From: a virus
Lineage: Duplodnaviria; Caudoviricetes
IMG/VR virus record: IMGVR_UViG_3300048849_000031
Coordinates: 1-29,085 of that record
Reading direction: 5' to 3' (one strand)
Length of the DNA stretch: 29,085 nt
A program made the position numbers and the translations under genes. Positions 1 to 9,264 of the stretch are shown here, in pieces. How positions within the stretch are numbered: the first letter of the stretch is position 1; every line of letters starts with the position of its first letter. Below the pieces are notes generated by a model. The model had not been told where the DNA came from and did no database searches. It saw only the letters and a program-made list of their open reading frames with translations.

Positions 1-314
1 CGACCGGCCGCGCACAGGTGGCTGCGGGCCTGAAGCTGCCGATCTTCACCTTCGTCGCCTTCGGTGCCGACGACCTGCTGGTGGCCTGGGTGCCAGGCGC
101 CGAGGACAGCACCGGCAAGCTGGAGGGCCTGCTGGCCGAGCCGGTGGACACCACCGTCACCGGCACCAATGCCGCGACGTTCGCCCCGTATTACGAGGCC
201 GGCGTCTTCAACCATGAGGTGCTGAACTGGCCGACCGACCTGGCCGCCGCCGCTCTGCCGGCGCGCAAGGCCGCCCTCGCCGGGACACGCTTCTCCGTCG
301 ATCGCCTGCCCTGA
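1..314 (+). CDS. Head decoration protein (lambda gpD-like), probably 5'-truncated by the window edge
   Basis: Frame is open from position 3 to the TGA ending at 314. Contains YYEAGVFNHEVLNWP and sits directly upstream of the major capsid gene. Confidence 0.75.
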   Translation, partial: TGRAQVAAGLKLPIFTFVAFGADDLLVAWVPGAEDSTGKLEGLLAEPVDTTVTGTNAATFAPYYEAGVFNHEVLNWPTDLAAAALPARKAALAGTRFSVDRLP

Positions 315-367
315 GTCGAACGACCAGCCCGCAGCCCCGTCACCCCTAAGCGCAGGACAGGAAACCA

Positions 368-1438
368 ATGGCTACCGAAGACATCATCCAGCTCTGGGAT
401 ACCTGGGAGTTCACCGCCCTCCTGACGGACGACCGTTACGTCCGACCCGATGGCTTCTGGCTCCAGTTCTTCCCGACGCCGTTCTTCAGCGAGAAGGAAG
501 AAATTTTCTTCGATGAGCTCCCCATCGAAGATCGCCGGATGGCGCCGTTCGTCATGCCGCACCTCCAGGGCCGCATCATGCGCGCCCCGCAGGGTGCCGG
601 GCTGCGTTCCTTCCGCCCCGCTTACCTGAAGCCGAAGCACGAAGTCTCGCCCTCCATGGCGGTCCCGCGCATGCCGGGCGAGCCCCTGGGCGGCAATCTG
701 TCCCGGCAGGAGCGTTTCAACCGCATCGTCGCCGACCGGGCGATCCGTCAGGATGCGATGATTCGTCGGCGCTGGGACTGGATGGCGGCGCAGGCCGCGA
801 TCTACGGCTATTGCGACGTGGCCGGCGAGGACTACACGCCCGTCCGCATCGACTTCCGCCGCGACGCCGACCTGACGGAAGTGCTGACGGGCACCGCCCG
901 CTGGGGTCAGGCCGACGCCAACCCGCTGAAGGACGTGGCGGATATGCGCGGGCGCGGTTTGAAGAAGGGCCGCTCGCCCATCAACCGCATCGTGATGGGC
1001 TCGGGGGCGGCGGCCAACTTCCTGGCTTTCCCCGGTCTGAAGGAGTTGACGGACCTGCGCTACCGCCAGTCCGGCACCGCCACGTTCAACACCTCCGGCT
1101 TCCGCTCCGGCGAGCCGGTGGAGGCCATCGGCACCTTCGTCCTGCCGGACGGCGGCACCGTGGAGTTCTTCAAATACGAGAACTCCTATGAGGACCCGGT
1201 GGACGGCGTGGAGAAGCCGCTGCTGCATGAGAATGACGTGGTGGGCGTGGGCACGGGCCTGAACGGCATCCGCGCTTTCGGCGCGATCGAAGACATCAAG
1301 GCCGGCATGCAGGCCACCGATGTCTTTACGAAGAACTATGAGAAGGACGATCCCAGCAAAGCGTTCGTCGTCTCGCAGTCCGCCCCGCTGATGGTCCCGG
1401 GCAATCCGGACAACAGCTTCCGCCTGCGCACGGCCTGA
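368..1438 (+). CDS. Major capsid protein (lambda gpE / Phage_cap_E family)
   Basis: 356 aa with family-like segments (MAPFVMP, FRPAYLKPKH, IRRRWDWMAAQA, QSAPLMVP). AGGA RBS; follows the decoration gene. Confidence 0.92.
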   Translation: MATEDIIQLWDTWEFTALLTDDRYVRPDGFWLQFFPTPFFSEKEEIFFDELPIEDRRMAPFVMPHLQGRIMRAPQGAGLRSFRPAYLKPKHEVSPSMAVPRMPGEPLGGNLSRQERFNRIVADRAIRQDAMIRRRWDWMAAQAAIYGYCDVAGEDYTPVRIDFRRDADLTEVLTGTARWGQADANPLKDVADMRGRGLKKGRSPINRIVMGSGAAANFLAFPGLKELTDLRYRQSGTATFNTSGFRSGEPVEAIGTFVLPDGGTVEFFKYENSYEDPVDGVEKPLLHENDVVGVGTGLNGIRAFGAIEDIKAGMQATDVFTKNYEKDDPSKAFVVSQSAPLMVPGNPDNSFRLRTA

Positions 1439-1457
1439 ACGAGTTGTGACCTGAGAC

Positions 1458-1477
1458 GGCCGGGGGAAACCCCGGCC
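1458..1477 (+). other. GC-rich stem-loop after the capsid gene (mRNA stabiliser or weak terminator)
   Basis: Perfect 8-bp stem GGCCGGGG/CCCCGGCC with a GAAA tetraloop; no U-tract. Confidence 0.55.
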
Positions 1478-1520
1478 ACTCCGCCTACCCCCTTCCCCAC
1501 CCCGAACCAGGAGACGCCCC

Positions 1521-1886
1521 ATGCCGACCAAGGTGGCAGTCCATTCCATCACTGTGATGCGCGACGGCAAGCGGATGCGCGTGAAGGCCGGCGAGCCATT
1601 CAACTTTACCAAGGACGAAATTTCGGCCCTGGAAGCCTCCTCGCCGGAGTCCATTCGCAACGCGAAGAACGAAGCGCCGATCAGTGAGGCCGAGGCCGAA
1701 GCGCAAGGCGACGCCGAGGTGCAGGCCGAGGCGCAGCGTGCGGCTGCCGCCGGCACCAAGCCCGCCGCTGGCACCAAGCCCGCCGCAGCCGCTGCGAAGC
1801 CTGCCGCCGCTGCGAAGCCCGCCGCTGCCGCCGCTGCCGCCAAGGCCGCGACCCCGGCTGCCGGCGCCGGCACCGACGACATCTGA
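1521..1886 (+). CDS. Small head-associated protein (gpFI-like position) with Ala/Lys/Pro low-complexity tail
   Basis: AGGAG RBS; lies between capsid and head-tail joining genes; AAGTKP and AAAAKP repeats. Confidence 0.7.
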   Translation: MPTKVAVHSITVMRDGKRMRVKAGEPFNFTKDEISALEASSPESIRNAKNEAPISEAEAEAQGDAEVQAEAQRAAAAGTKPAAGTKPAAAAAKPAAAAKPAAAAAAAKAATPAAGAGTDDI

Positions 1887-1895
1887 GTCGTCATC

Positions 1896-2234
1896 GTGGA
1901 TTGGGCGGACCACAAGGCACTCGCACGGCGGACGGTGCATGACACCTTCGCCGTGGAGGCGTTCTACGAGGACGACACCACCGCTCAACCGGTGGGCCTG
2001 AAGGTTCGCTACCACAACCGACTGGACCGCAGCGGCATCGGGGGTTCCGATGGGTTCGCTGCGGTCCTGGAGGGCATCGACCGCCTCGTGTTTGACCGCG
2101 AGGAACTGGCGCGCAAGGGCGTGACGCTTCAGGCCGGCGCCAAGGTCTCCTTCCCGAAATACGGCGTCGCCTTCAATCTGGAGACGATGGACCCCAAGGA
2201 GGGTCCTGTGACGGTCATCTGGACGGTCAGCTAG
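1896..2234 (+). CDS. Head-tail joining protein (gpFII-like)
   Basis: 112-aa beta-rich protein in the canonical neck position (RRTVHDTFAVEAFY...RLVFDREEL). Confidence 0.7.
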   Translation: MDWADHKALARRTVHDTFAVEAFYEDDTTAQPVGLKVRYHNRLDRSGIGGSDGFAAVLEGIDRLVFDREELARKGVTLQAGAKVSFPKYGVAFNLETMDPKEGPVTVIWTVS

Positions 2235-2236
2235 GC

Positions 2237-2845
2237 ATGGTCGTCTCGATTCAGCCTGAAGGCATCCCCGGCATCCAGCGATATCTGGAAGACGCGCCGG
2301 ACGTGGCTCGCCGGGCAGCGAGCCTCGCCATCAACCAGACCGCCAGCCGCAAGGGGTTGTCGATGGTCAGGGACCTGATGCGCGAGCAGATCGCGTTTCC
2401 TCGCGGCTATCTGGAAGACCCGGAGCGGCTGAGCGTGACGCAGAAGGCCACGCCGCAGAACCTCCAGGCCGCCATCACGGGCCGCCATCAGCCGACCAGT
2501 CTGGCCCGCTTCGCCACGAGTGGCAGCCCCGCTGTGCGCAACGCGCCCGTGCGGGTGCGGGTCAATCCCGGTCGCACCGTCACCCTGGATCGCGCCTTCC
2601 TCCTCCGGCTGCGGGGCGCCGTCGATTCCTTCAACCTTGGCCTCGCTGTGCGGCTCCGGCCCGGCGAGACCATCGAGAACAAGAACTTCATGGTGAAGTC
2701 GATGGGCGCCGGGAGCGGCGTCTATCTGCTCTACGGCCCGTCTGTGACCCAGGTGTTCCGCGACGTTGCCGTGGACGTTGCCCCCGCGCTGATGGACGAA
2801 GTGGAAACTGAGTTCCTGCGCCAGTTCATCCGCCTCTCGAAGTAG
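2237..2845 (+). CDS. Minor tail / tail completion protein (gpZ-like)
   Basis: Basic 202-aa protein with RAASLAINQTA and LYGPSVTQVF motifs; synteny. Confidence 0.75.
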   Translation: MVVSIQPEGIPGIQRYLEDAPDVARRAASLAINQTASRKGLSMVRDLMREQIAFPRGYLEDPERLSVTQKATPQNLQAAITGRHQPTSLARFATSGSPAVRNAPVRVRVNPGRTVTLDRAFLLRLRGAVDSFNLGLAVRLRPGETIENKNFMVKSMGAGSGVYLLYGPSVTQVFRDVAVDVAPALMDEVETEFLRQFIRLSK

Positions 2846-2854
2846 GAGAGCACC

Positions 2855-3385
2855 GTGCCCGAGTCCCTCCGCCTCAACATCCTGAAGGCGCTTTCTGACC
2901 ACCTGGCGGGCACACCACTAGCCGGCGGCAAGACCCTGGGTGAAGCCTCTGTGTATCGGGGTAAGCTGCTATTCGGTGCCGAGATGAAGCTGCCGGCCCT
3001 GTCGGTGCTGGAGGCCCCGCGGCAGGACGATGGTATCCCCGGGGCCGAGAAGGGCGTGAAGCGGAGCGAAGGCTGGGCGCTGCTGGTGCAGGGCTGGGTG
3101 CCCGATGACAAGCGGAACCCCACCGACCCGGCCTATGAGTTTTGCGCCAGAGTCGAGCAGCGGATGTCGATGCTCGTGGATGAGGCCAACGGACAGCCGG
3201 TCTATCCCGACATATACCGCCTTGGAAAGCTGCCCAACGGCCGCTACCGCATCGCGGGCCTGACGTGGGCGCCGCCGGTTGTCCGCCCGCCGCAACAGGG
3301 CGTGTCCGACAAGGCTTTCTTCTATCTTCCCGTGACGCTCTCCGTTGCTATAGATATTAGGGAGCCGTTCGTCACGGCAGGTTAG
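2855..3385 (+). CDS. Tail terminator protein (gpU-like)
   Basis: Immediately precedes the tail tube gene; LLVQGWVPDDKRNPTDPAY motif; AGGAG RBS before a GTG start. Confidence 0.7.
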   Translation: MPESLRLNILKALSDHLAGTPLAGGKTLGEASVYRGKLLFGAEMKLPALSVLEAPRQDDGIPGAEKGVKRSEGWALLVQGWVPDDKRNPTDPAYEFCARVEQRMSMLVDEANGQPVYPDIYRLGKLPNGRYRIAGLTWAPPVVRPPQQGVSDKAFFYLPVTLSVAIDIREPFVTAG

Positions 3386-3425
3386 GGAAGTCCATTTCTT
3401 CCGCAACTCGTAAGGAGGTCATACC

Positions 3426-4181
3426 ATGCCGCAGGACCAGATGCTTGGCGCCGGCAAGCTGTTTTTCACCCTGTTCCCCACAGGTCAGTTCACCAACGCA
3501 GGTGCCATGGAATACTTCGGCAACACGCCGGAGCTGAGCACCACGCAGGACGACACGGTGCTGGACCACTACGACGCCGACAACGGCATTCGTAAGAAGG
3601 ACATCAGCATCGTCACCAGCCGCGACCGCACGGTGTCGTTCACGACCGACAACATCTCGGCCGAGAATCTGGCCCGCTGGTTCTCCGGCGAGCAGCAGAC
3701 CATCGCGCAGACCGCCGCGACGGAGCTGAGCCAGACCGAGACCGTGAAGCGCGGCGGCTACATCCAGCTCGGCGTCAGCGACGCCCTGCCGGCCGGCGCC
3801 CGCAGCGTTACCAACGTCGAGATCACCAACGGCGGCACCGCCGTCGCGGCGGCGGGCAACTACACGGTCGATCTGGACCGCGGCATCATCTTCATCCTGG
3901 CCGAAGCAGCGGATATCGAAGACAAGGATTCGATCACCGTCACCTACGACCGGGCGCTGGTGACGCGCGAGGTGGTGGTCAGCGCCGACAAGTCGCTGTT
4001 CGGCCGCCTCTACTTCCAGGCCGACAACGGCTACGGCGCGAACCGCGACTACACCTGGCCGTTCGTCAAGCTGACCCCGACCGGCGACTTCAACATCAAG
4101 ACGGACAACGATTGGGCCTCGCTGTCCTTCGAGTGCGAGGTGTTGAGCCCGCCGACCGGCCCGTCCGTCATCATCGGCTGA
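3426..4181 (+). CDS. Major tail tube protein
   Basis: Strong TAAGGAGGT RBS; LGAGKLFF...YFGNTPEL...FTTDNIS and PFVKLTPTGDF motifs; precedes chaperone and tape measure genes. Confidence 0.85.
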   Translation: MPQDQMLGAGKLFFTLFPTGQFTNAGAMEYFGNTPELSTTQDDTVLDHYDADNGIRKKDISIVTSRDRTVSFTTDNISAENLARWFSGEQQTIAQTAATELSQTETVKRGGYIQLGVSDALPAGARSVTNVEITNGGTAVAAAGNYTVDLDRGIIFILAEAADIEDKDSITVTYDRALVTREVVVSADKSLFGRLYFQADNGYGANRDYTWPFVKLTPTGDFNIKTDNDWASLSFECEVLSPPTGPSVIIG

Positions 4182-4194
4182 AGGCATCCCGCAG

Positions 4195-4689
4195 ATGAAC
4201 CTGGCTGATTTCGAGCCGGTCACGCTGTCGGTGAAGATCAAGGGCAGTTCCTTCCTCGTGAGGGGGCTGTCCTTGGCCGATCTGACGCCGCTGATCGCGA
4301 CCTATTACCCCGACTTGAAGGTCTTGGTGGAAAGCTGGTCCGGCAGTCGCATTGACGCCATCGGCGACGCGCAGTTGCAGCAGTTCATCCTCGACCTGTG
4401 CGCCCGCGCCCCCGCCCTCGCGACCGACATCATCGCGGCCGGCGCCGACATTACGGAAGAGAAGGGTCGGATTGCGATCCGGCGTATGCCCTTCCCGGTG
4501 CAGGTCGAGGCTCTGAAGTCGATCTTCCACCTGACCTTTGAGGACATCGGCGGCGCGGGAAACTTCGCAGCGACTCTCGTAAGCCTAACCGGCGGAATGT
4601 TCCCCGGCGCGGCGGCGGCAATCGAGAAGTCGCTGGAAGGTATGCAAGCCGCGTTGATGAACTCCTCGCCGGTCTCCGGCGTGACGTGA
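4195..4689 (+). CDS. Tail assembly chaperone (gpG-like, pre-tape-measure)
   Basis: Between tail tube and tape measure genes; VRGLSLADLT and PFPVQVEALKSIFHLTF segments. Confidence 0.8.
   Translation: MNLADFEPVTLSVKIKGSSFLVRGLSLADLTPLIATYYPDLKVLVESWSGSRIDAIGDAQLQQFILDLCARAPALATDIIAAGADITEEKGRIAIRRMPFPVQVEALKSIFHLTFEDIGGAGNFAATLVSLTGGMFPGAAAAIEKSLEGMQAALMNSSPVSGVT
4557..4563 (+). promoter_or_regulatory. -1 programmed ribosomal frameshift slippery site G_GGA_AAC
   Basis: X_XXY_YYZ heptamer in the correct phase. The -1 frame has no stop from 4563 to 4886. Confidence 0.8.
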
Positions 4690-4886
4690 GCCTGCTCCTC
4701 GCCCAAGGCCACACCGCAGCCCGCCGGTATCCGGTCGGGATGGTGTGGTCTGAGGTGAGGTTCGTTCGGGAGCGGGTGATCGAGCAACACCGCACTGAAG
4801 CTGTGCTGATGAGCGCCGTCGTCGCGAACGCCATAGGCGGGAAGAACGTGCTCAAAAAGGCCCTGGAGGCGCTGGACAATGGCTGA
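4563..4886 (+). CDS. gpT-like C-terminal part of the frameshifted chaperone fusion (about 230 aa in total)
   Basis: -1 frame reads ...LLAGLRRDVSLLLAQGHTAARRYPVG... and is continuous with the 4686..4886 ORF. Confidence 0.75.
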   Translation, partial: LRSDSRKPNRRNVPRRGGGNREVAGRYASRVDELLAGLRRDVSLLLAQGHTAARRYPVGMVWSEVRFVRERVIEQHRTEAVLMSAVVANAIGGKNVLKKALEALDNG

Positions 4887-7800
4887 GACCAGTAAAGACA
4901 TCCGGCTCCTCATCTCCGGCGAGTTGAAGAATGCGCGGGCGTTCAAGGAAACGGCCGCGCTGATTTCCGATCTGACGGATGAGATCGGGAAGCAGGCCCA
5001 AGCGGCGTCGCGCGGCGAGGCGTCGATGGAGCGGCTGGCGGAAGCCGTCGCCGAACTGAAGCAGGCGGGCGACTCCCTGGTCGCGGCGCAGGGCCTTGTG
5101 GACAGCCTCCGCAAGACGGATGAGCGGCTAGTCAAGGCTGCCGCCAGTGCCGAGAAGGCGCAGAAGCGGTTCGAGGAGTTTGCCGAGAAACTGAAGGGCG
5201 CGGAGACCGTCACGCAGGCGCAGAGCGACAAGCTGGCCCGCCTGGAGACTGCTGCGCAGAAGACCACCACATCGCTCGCCAACCTGACGCGAATCGCTGC
5301 CGAGCAGCGGGCCGGGCTGGTGGAGCTCGGCCTCAGTGCCGATCATCTAGCCGAGAACACGGAGCAGATCGTCACCTCCGCCCGGCAAGCAGGTGAGGCC
5401 CTGGCCTCCGTTACGAAGATCACCAAGGACAACACCGAAGCCGCCCGCGAATACCAGGGGCAGTTGCAGCGCGCCGCAGAGATTCGGAAGCAGCAGGCGA
5501 CGGCGGATGAGCAGGCCGCCCGGAACGAGCAGGTCTCCGCCCGTCGTCGTGTCGCCGACATGGAATCCATCCTGCGGGCGAACCAGAGCTCCTTCAACGA
5601 CTTCCTGGCGCAAGAGGCGCGCGGGCTCCAGATGCAGGAGCGGTCCCGCGCCGCTGCGCGGGAGGCAGCCGAAGCATTCCGGCAGGCCGGCGAGAAGGCA
5701 ATCGCCTCGGCACGCGGCTACACCACCCTGGCGGACGCAAGCAGCCGCCTGGGGCCGGCGATGACGGCTGCCGCTGCCGGCGTCGGGAACATCCTGGATA
5801 AGGCGTCTGAGGAGCGGAAGACCCTCTCCGGCCTGGAGCAGCAGCTCACCGGCCTGACCCAAGTAGTGGAGGGCATCAAGGGTCCACTGAAGGACTATGA
5901 GGTCACGCTGAAGTCCATCGGCGCGATCCAGTCCGAGATCGCCCGCAAGGCCGACCTAGTGGACGCCTTCAGCAACCAGGTCGCTGCCGTGAGGGCGGCG
6001 CGGGCGGAGTTCGTCGCGGCGCGAACCGAAGCACTGCGGCTGGGTCAGGCGATGGCGGCGGCCACCAAGCCGAGCGACGAACTGGCTGCTGCCAACCGCA
6101 AGGCGCAGCAGAACCTTGCCTCCGCGTCCCGCGAGCTGACGAACCAGTTCCAGAAGGCGCAGCAGCTTCGCCAGACGCTCCAACAGGCGGGGCTCGCGAC
6201 CAACAACCTCGCGGACACCCAGCGACGCCTGGAAGCGGCTGCCCGGCAGACCACCACAACGGCCGGCCGCTTGACCGCTGCCTTCGAGAAGCACGGACGC
6301 TCGACCGAGGGCGGAGCCCTATTCGGTCTCTCACCCTATGCCTTGCAGAACCTCGGCTACCAGATCAACGACGTGTTCACCCAGCTTGGGTCTGGCGCGT
6401 CGATCATGCAGACGCTCGCCCAGCAGGGCGGGCAGATTTTGCAGATTTTCCCCGGCGCGTTCGCCGCCATCGGGACCTACGCGCTACCGTTGACAGCAGC
6501 ACTGGCTGCCCTGGTCGTGGTGGTTGGCTCGCTCAATCGGGCGGCCGAGAATGCCGCGGCCCTTCGCCAGTATTCCGGCACCCTCGCGCTCATCCCCGGT
6601 AGCGCCGGCACCACGGCGGCGAGTCTGGTCCGCGTGCAACGCGAGATCACCAACATGGGTGCCTCGTGGGAAGATGCCGGCAAGGTGGTGAATGATGCCA
6701 TCGAACGGAGTTTCCGCCCCGAGCGCATCGCCGAGTTCGCGAAGTACGCGCAGAACCTTGCCGACATCAAGCCCGGCTTGGCGCTGACCGACGCCTTCAA
6801 ACTGGTCGCCGATGCTGCGCAGCGCGGCTATCCGGCGGTCCTGAAGTTGCAAGAGGCGACCGGGCTGTTCACGGCGGCGCAGATGGAGGCGCTGCGGGCC
6901 GCGAACGAGCAGGGCAAGGCCCTGGAGGAGCAGCGGATCGTCACCGAAGCCCTCGGTCGGACAAACGAGGCTGCCGAGAAGTCTACCGGGGCCTGGACGC
7001 GGGCATGGCGCGATTTCAAGTCCGCCCTGGACGCGGTGTTCGAGCGTCTGTCCAACACGGCGCCCGTCCAGCTTGCGATCTCTGCCTTCAACGCCCTGGC
7101 CGGCGCCATCAGCACGGCCAGCCGCGCAGTGAAGAACTTCGTCCTGCCGGACGCCGCCGCGTCGGCGCAGGACGCTTTGGCGACAGCTCAGAAGCGCCTT
7201 GCCGAATTCGACCGAAACCAAGCGGGCACGGCCTTCGGCGGCGTCGCCACCAGCCCCATGGCGCAGCGCGCCCGAGCCCGCTTGCTGGAGGATGTCGCGA
7301 AGGCGCAGGAGGCGCTGAACGCCGCACAGAAGGAGGGCGTCAAGCCGGCCGAGGATGTGACCGTTGCCACGGAGCGCCAGCAGGCCGCGAACCAGCGCGC
7401 CCTGGTAGCGACCCGGCGGCGGATCGACGGCGAGACCGACCTGACCAACGAGCAGAAGGTCCAGAAGGCTGTTCGGGAGGCCCTGGCAGCAGCCGAGGCG
7501 GAGGGCGCCGATGCAGCCACGAAAGAGGAGATTGCGCGCCGGGCCAGGGAGGCGCAGGAGGAAGAGAACCGGACCAACGACTACAAGCGGAACGCCGCCG
7601 CCCGCGCCACGGCAGCCAAGGATGGCGCGAACAGCGCGCGGATCGAGGCTGCCGCCATCCGGGCGCGGAACGCCGCCGTGGCCGAGGGAGTCACCTCCCA
7701 GAAGGCACTTCGCGAGATCATGACTAGCGCCCGCGAGGAGGAGCGTGGGCGGATCGCGCAGGAGCGTGCCGGCGCGTCGGCAGCGAAGGCCCGGCTGAGC

Positions 7801-9264
7801 CAGGAGCAGTCCGTTGCCAACCAGATCAGCAGCCTGATCGCCGCTGCGAACCGAAAGGACACGCAAAGCCTGGAGAACCGCCTGGCCGCGGTCAACGAGC
7901 AATACGAGCGCATCTTCCGCGCCATCGAGAAGTTCCGCGCCTCCGGCGGCTCCTCGATCAGCGGGGTGCCCCTGTCGCAGATCGAGGCGCAGGTCCGGGC
8001 GCAGTTGACCCTGCTCCAGCAGCAGGAGACCCAGAAGTTCTACGAGCAGCAGATGAACGAGTTGGTGCAACAGCGCACCGCCCTGTTCCGGGCTGTTCGC
8101 GATGAGCAGCAAAGCGGGCTGATCGACGGTGCCACGGCCATCGACCGCATCCGGCAGATCAGCGACGACTTGGCGCCCCGCATGCGGGACATCGCCACGC
8201 AAGCCGTCGCCTTCGCCACCAGTCTGAAGGGCGCGGCACCCAACCCGCGCCTGGAAGCGTTCCTGGCGCAGATGCGGCAGGCTGGCGGGCTGACCGGCGG
8301 CACTGCCGGCCCCCGCGCTGCGAGCGCGCCTAGCCCGACGCAGCAGGCGTCCACGCAGGCGGTGGGGGACAGCGAGCGCGAGATCAACCGCCTCTTCCAA
8401 GAGCGCAACGCGACGGTCTCCGCCTTCAACAACCTGGTGCGGGATGGCACCCTCTCCTACACCGAGGCGCAGACCAAAATTCGCGCCGCCTACGAGTCCA
8501 GCGAGCCCGCTATTCAGCAGGCGATCTCGGACTTCCAGAAGACCAACAACTCCGCCTACGAATTGGGCGCGACAACGCAGAGCGCCTTCGACCTGGCGAA
8601 TGCGAAGATCGCGAACTTCAGCAGTAAGGTTGCCTACGTCGATCCGCAGATGCAGCGCATCGGCAAGGCCATCGACGACGCCTTCGTGAACTCGGCGGGG
8701 ACTGCCATCGACAGCATCAGCCAGTCCATCGCTGGCATGATCGACGGCACCATGACGGCGGCCGAGGGGTTCGAGGCAATCGGGCAGGCGGCGCTCCAGA
8801 TGGGCGCGGACATCCTGAAGGCCATCGCCATGGCGATCGTTCAGGAGCAGGCCCTTATCGCGGTCCAGACCATTCGCCGCTCCCTGGGCGCGTTCCACGG
8901 AGGCGGCCTGGTGGGCGGCACGCAGGGTGTCCGACGTACCAACATCGACCCTTCCGTCTTCGCGTTCGCCCCGCGCTACCACAACGGGTCGAATGGCCCG
9001 GTTGGTCTGCGCCCGGATGAGCAGGCAGCCATTCTCCAGAAGGGCGAAGAGGTGCTGACGGCCGACAACCCCCGTAACCTCGCCAACATCGCCAAGGGCG
9101 GCGGGCAGGCAGCCGGCGGTGGTGAACTGGCGATCCGCAACGTGCTGGTGACGGACCCCAACTTCGTGCCGGACGCCATGGCCTCCAGCTCGGGCGAGAA
9201 GGTCATCATCACGGCGATCCGGCGCAACGCGCCCGGCATCAAGCAAGCCTTGGGAATCCGGTAA
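4879..9264 (+). CDS. Tail tape measure protein
   Basis: 1461 aa, Ala/Gln-rich and helical; lambda-type TMP motif QNLGYQINDVFTQLGSG...AQQGGQI; C-terminal FHGGGLVGG...LQKGEEVLT. Confidence 0.95.
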   Translation: MAETSKDIRLLISGELKNARAFKETAALISDLTDEIGKQAQAASRGEASMERLAEAVAELKQAGDSLVAAQGLVDSLRKTDERLVKAAASAEKAQKRFEEFAEKLKGAETVTQAQSDKLARLETAAQKTTTSLANLTRIAAEQRAGLVELGLSADHLAENTEQIVTSARQAGEALASVTKITKDNTEAAREYQGQLQRAAEIRKQQATADEQAARNEQVSARRRVADMESILRANQSSFNDFLAQEARGLQMQERSRAAAREAAEAFRQAGEKAIASARGYTTLADASSRLGPAMTAAAAGVGNILDKASEERKTLSGLEQQLTGLTQVVEGIKGPLKDYEVTLKSIGAIQSEIARKADLVDAFSNQVAAVRAARAEFVAARTEALRLGQAMAAATKPSDELAAANRKAQQNLASASRELTNQFQKAQQLRQTLQQAGLATNNLADTQRRLEAAARQTTTTAGRLTAAFEKHGRSTEGGALFGLSPYALQNLGYQINDVFTQLGSGASIMQTLAQQGGQILQIFPGAFAAIGTYALPLTAALAALVVVVGSLNRAAENAAALRQYSGTLALIPGSAGTTAASLVRVQREITNMGASWEDAGKVVNDAIERSFRPERIAEFAKYAQNLADIKPGLALTDAFKLVADAAQRGYPAVLKLQEATGLFTAAQMEALRAANEQGKALEEQRIVTEALGRTNEAAEKSTGAWTRAWRDFKSALDAVFERLSNTAPVQLAISAFNALAGAISTASRAVKNFVLPDAAASAQDALATAQKRLAEFDRNQAGTAFGGVATSPMAQRARARLLEDVAKAQEALNAAQKEGVKPAEDVTVATERQQAANQRALVATRRRIDGETDLTNEQKVQKAVREALAAAEAEGADAATKEEIARRAREAQEEENRTNDYKRNAAARATAAKDGANSARIEAAAIRARNAAVAEGVTSQKALREIMTSAREEERGRIAQERAGASAAKARLSQEQSVANQISSLIAAANRKDTQSLENRLAAVNEQYERIFRAIEKFRASGGSSISGVPLSQIEAQVRAQLTLLQQQETQKFYEQQMNELVQQRTALFRAVRDEQQSGLIDGATAIDRIRQISDDLAPRMRDIATQAVAFATSLKGAAPNPRLEAFLAQMRQAGGLTGGTAGPRAASAPSPTQQASTQAVGDSEREINRLFQERNATVSAFNNLVRDGTLSYTEAQTKIRAAYESSEPAIQQAISDFQKTNNSAYELGATTQSAFDLANAKIANFSSKVAYVDPQMQRIGKAIDDAFVNSAGTAIDSISQSIAGMIDGTMTAAEGFEAIGQAALQMGADILKAIAMAIVQEQALIAVQTIRRSLGAFHGGGLVGGTQGVRRTNIDPSVFAFAPRYHNGSNGPVGLRPDEQAAILQKGEEVLTADNPRNLANIAKGGGQAAGGGELAIRNVLVTDPNFVPDAMASSSGEKVIITAIRRNAPGIKQALGIR

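Noticed and set aside
1745-1850. Tandem GCC-rich repeats as a regulatory array
   Set aside because: Periods are multiples of 3 and simply encode the Ala/Lys/Pro tail.
6484-9246. 920-aa minus-strand ORF, and similar long antisense ORFs at 191-1945, 11367-12458 and 13573-14640
   Set aside because: Shadow frames of high-GC genes: they lie opposite clear phage genes and show no recognisable motifs.
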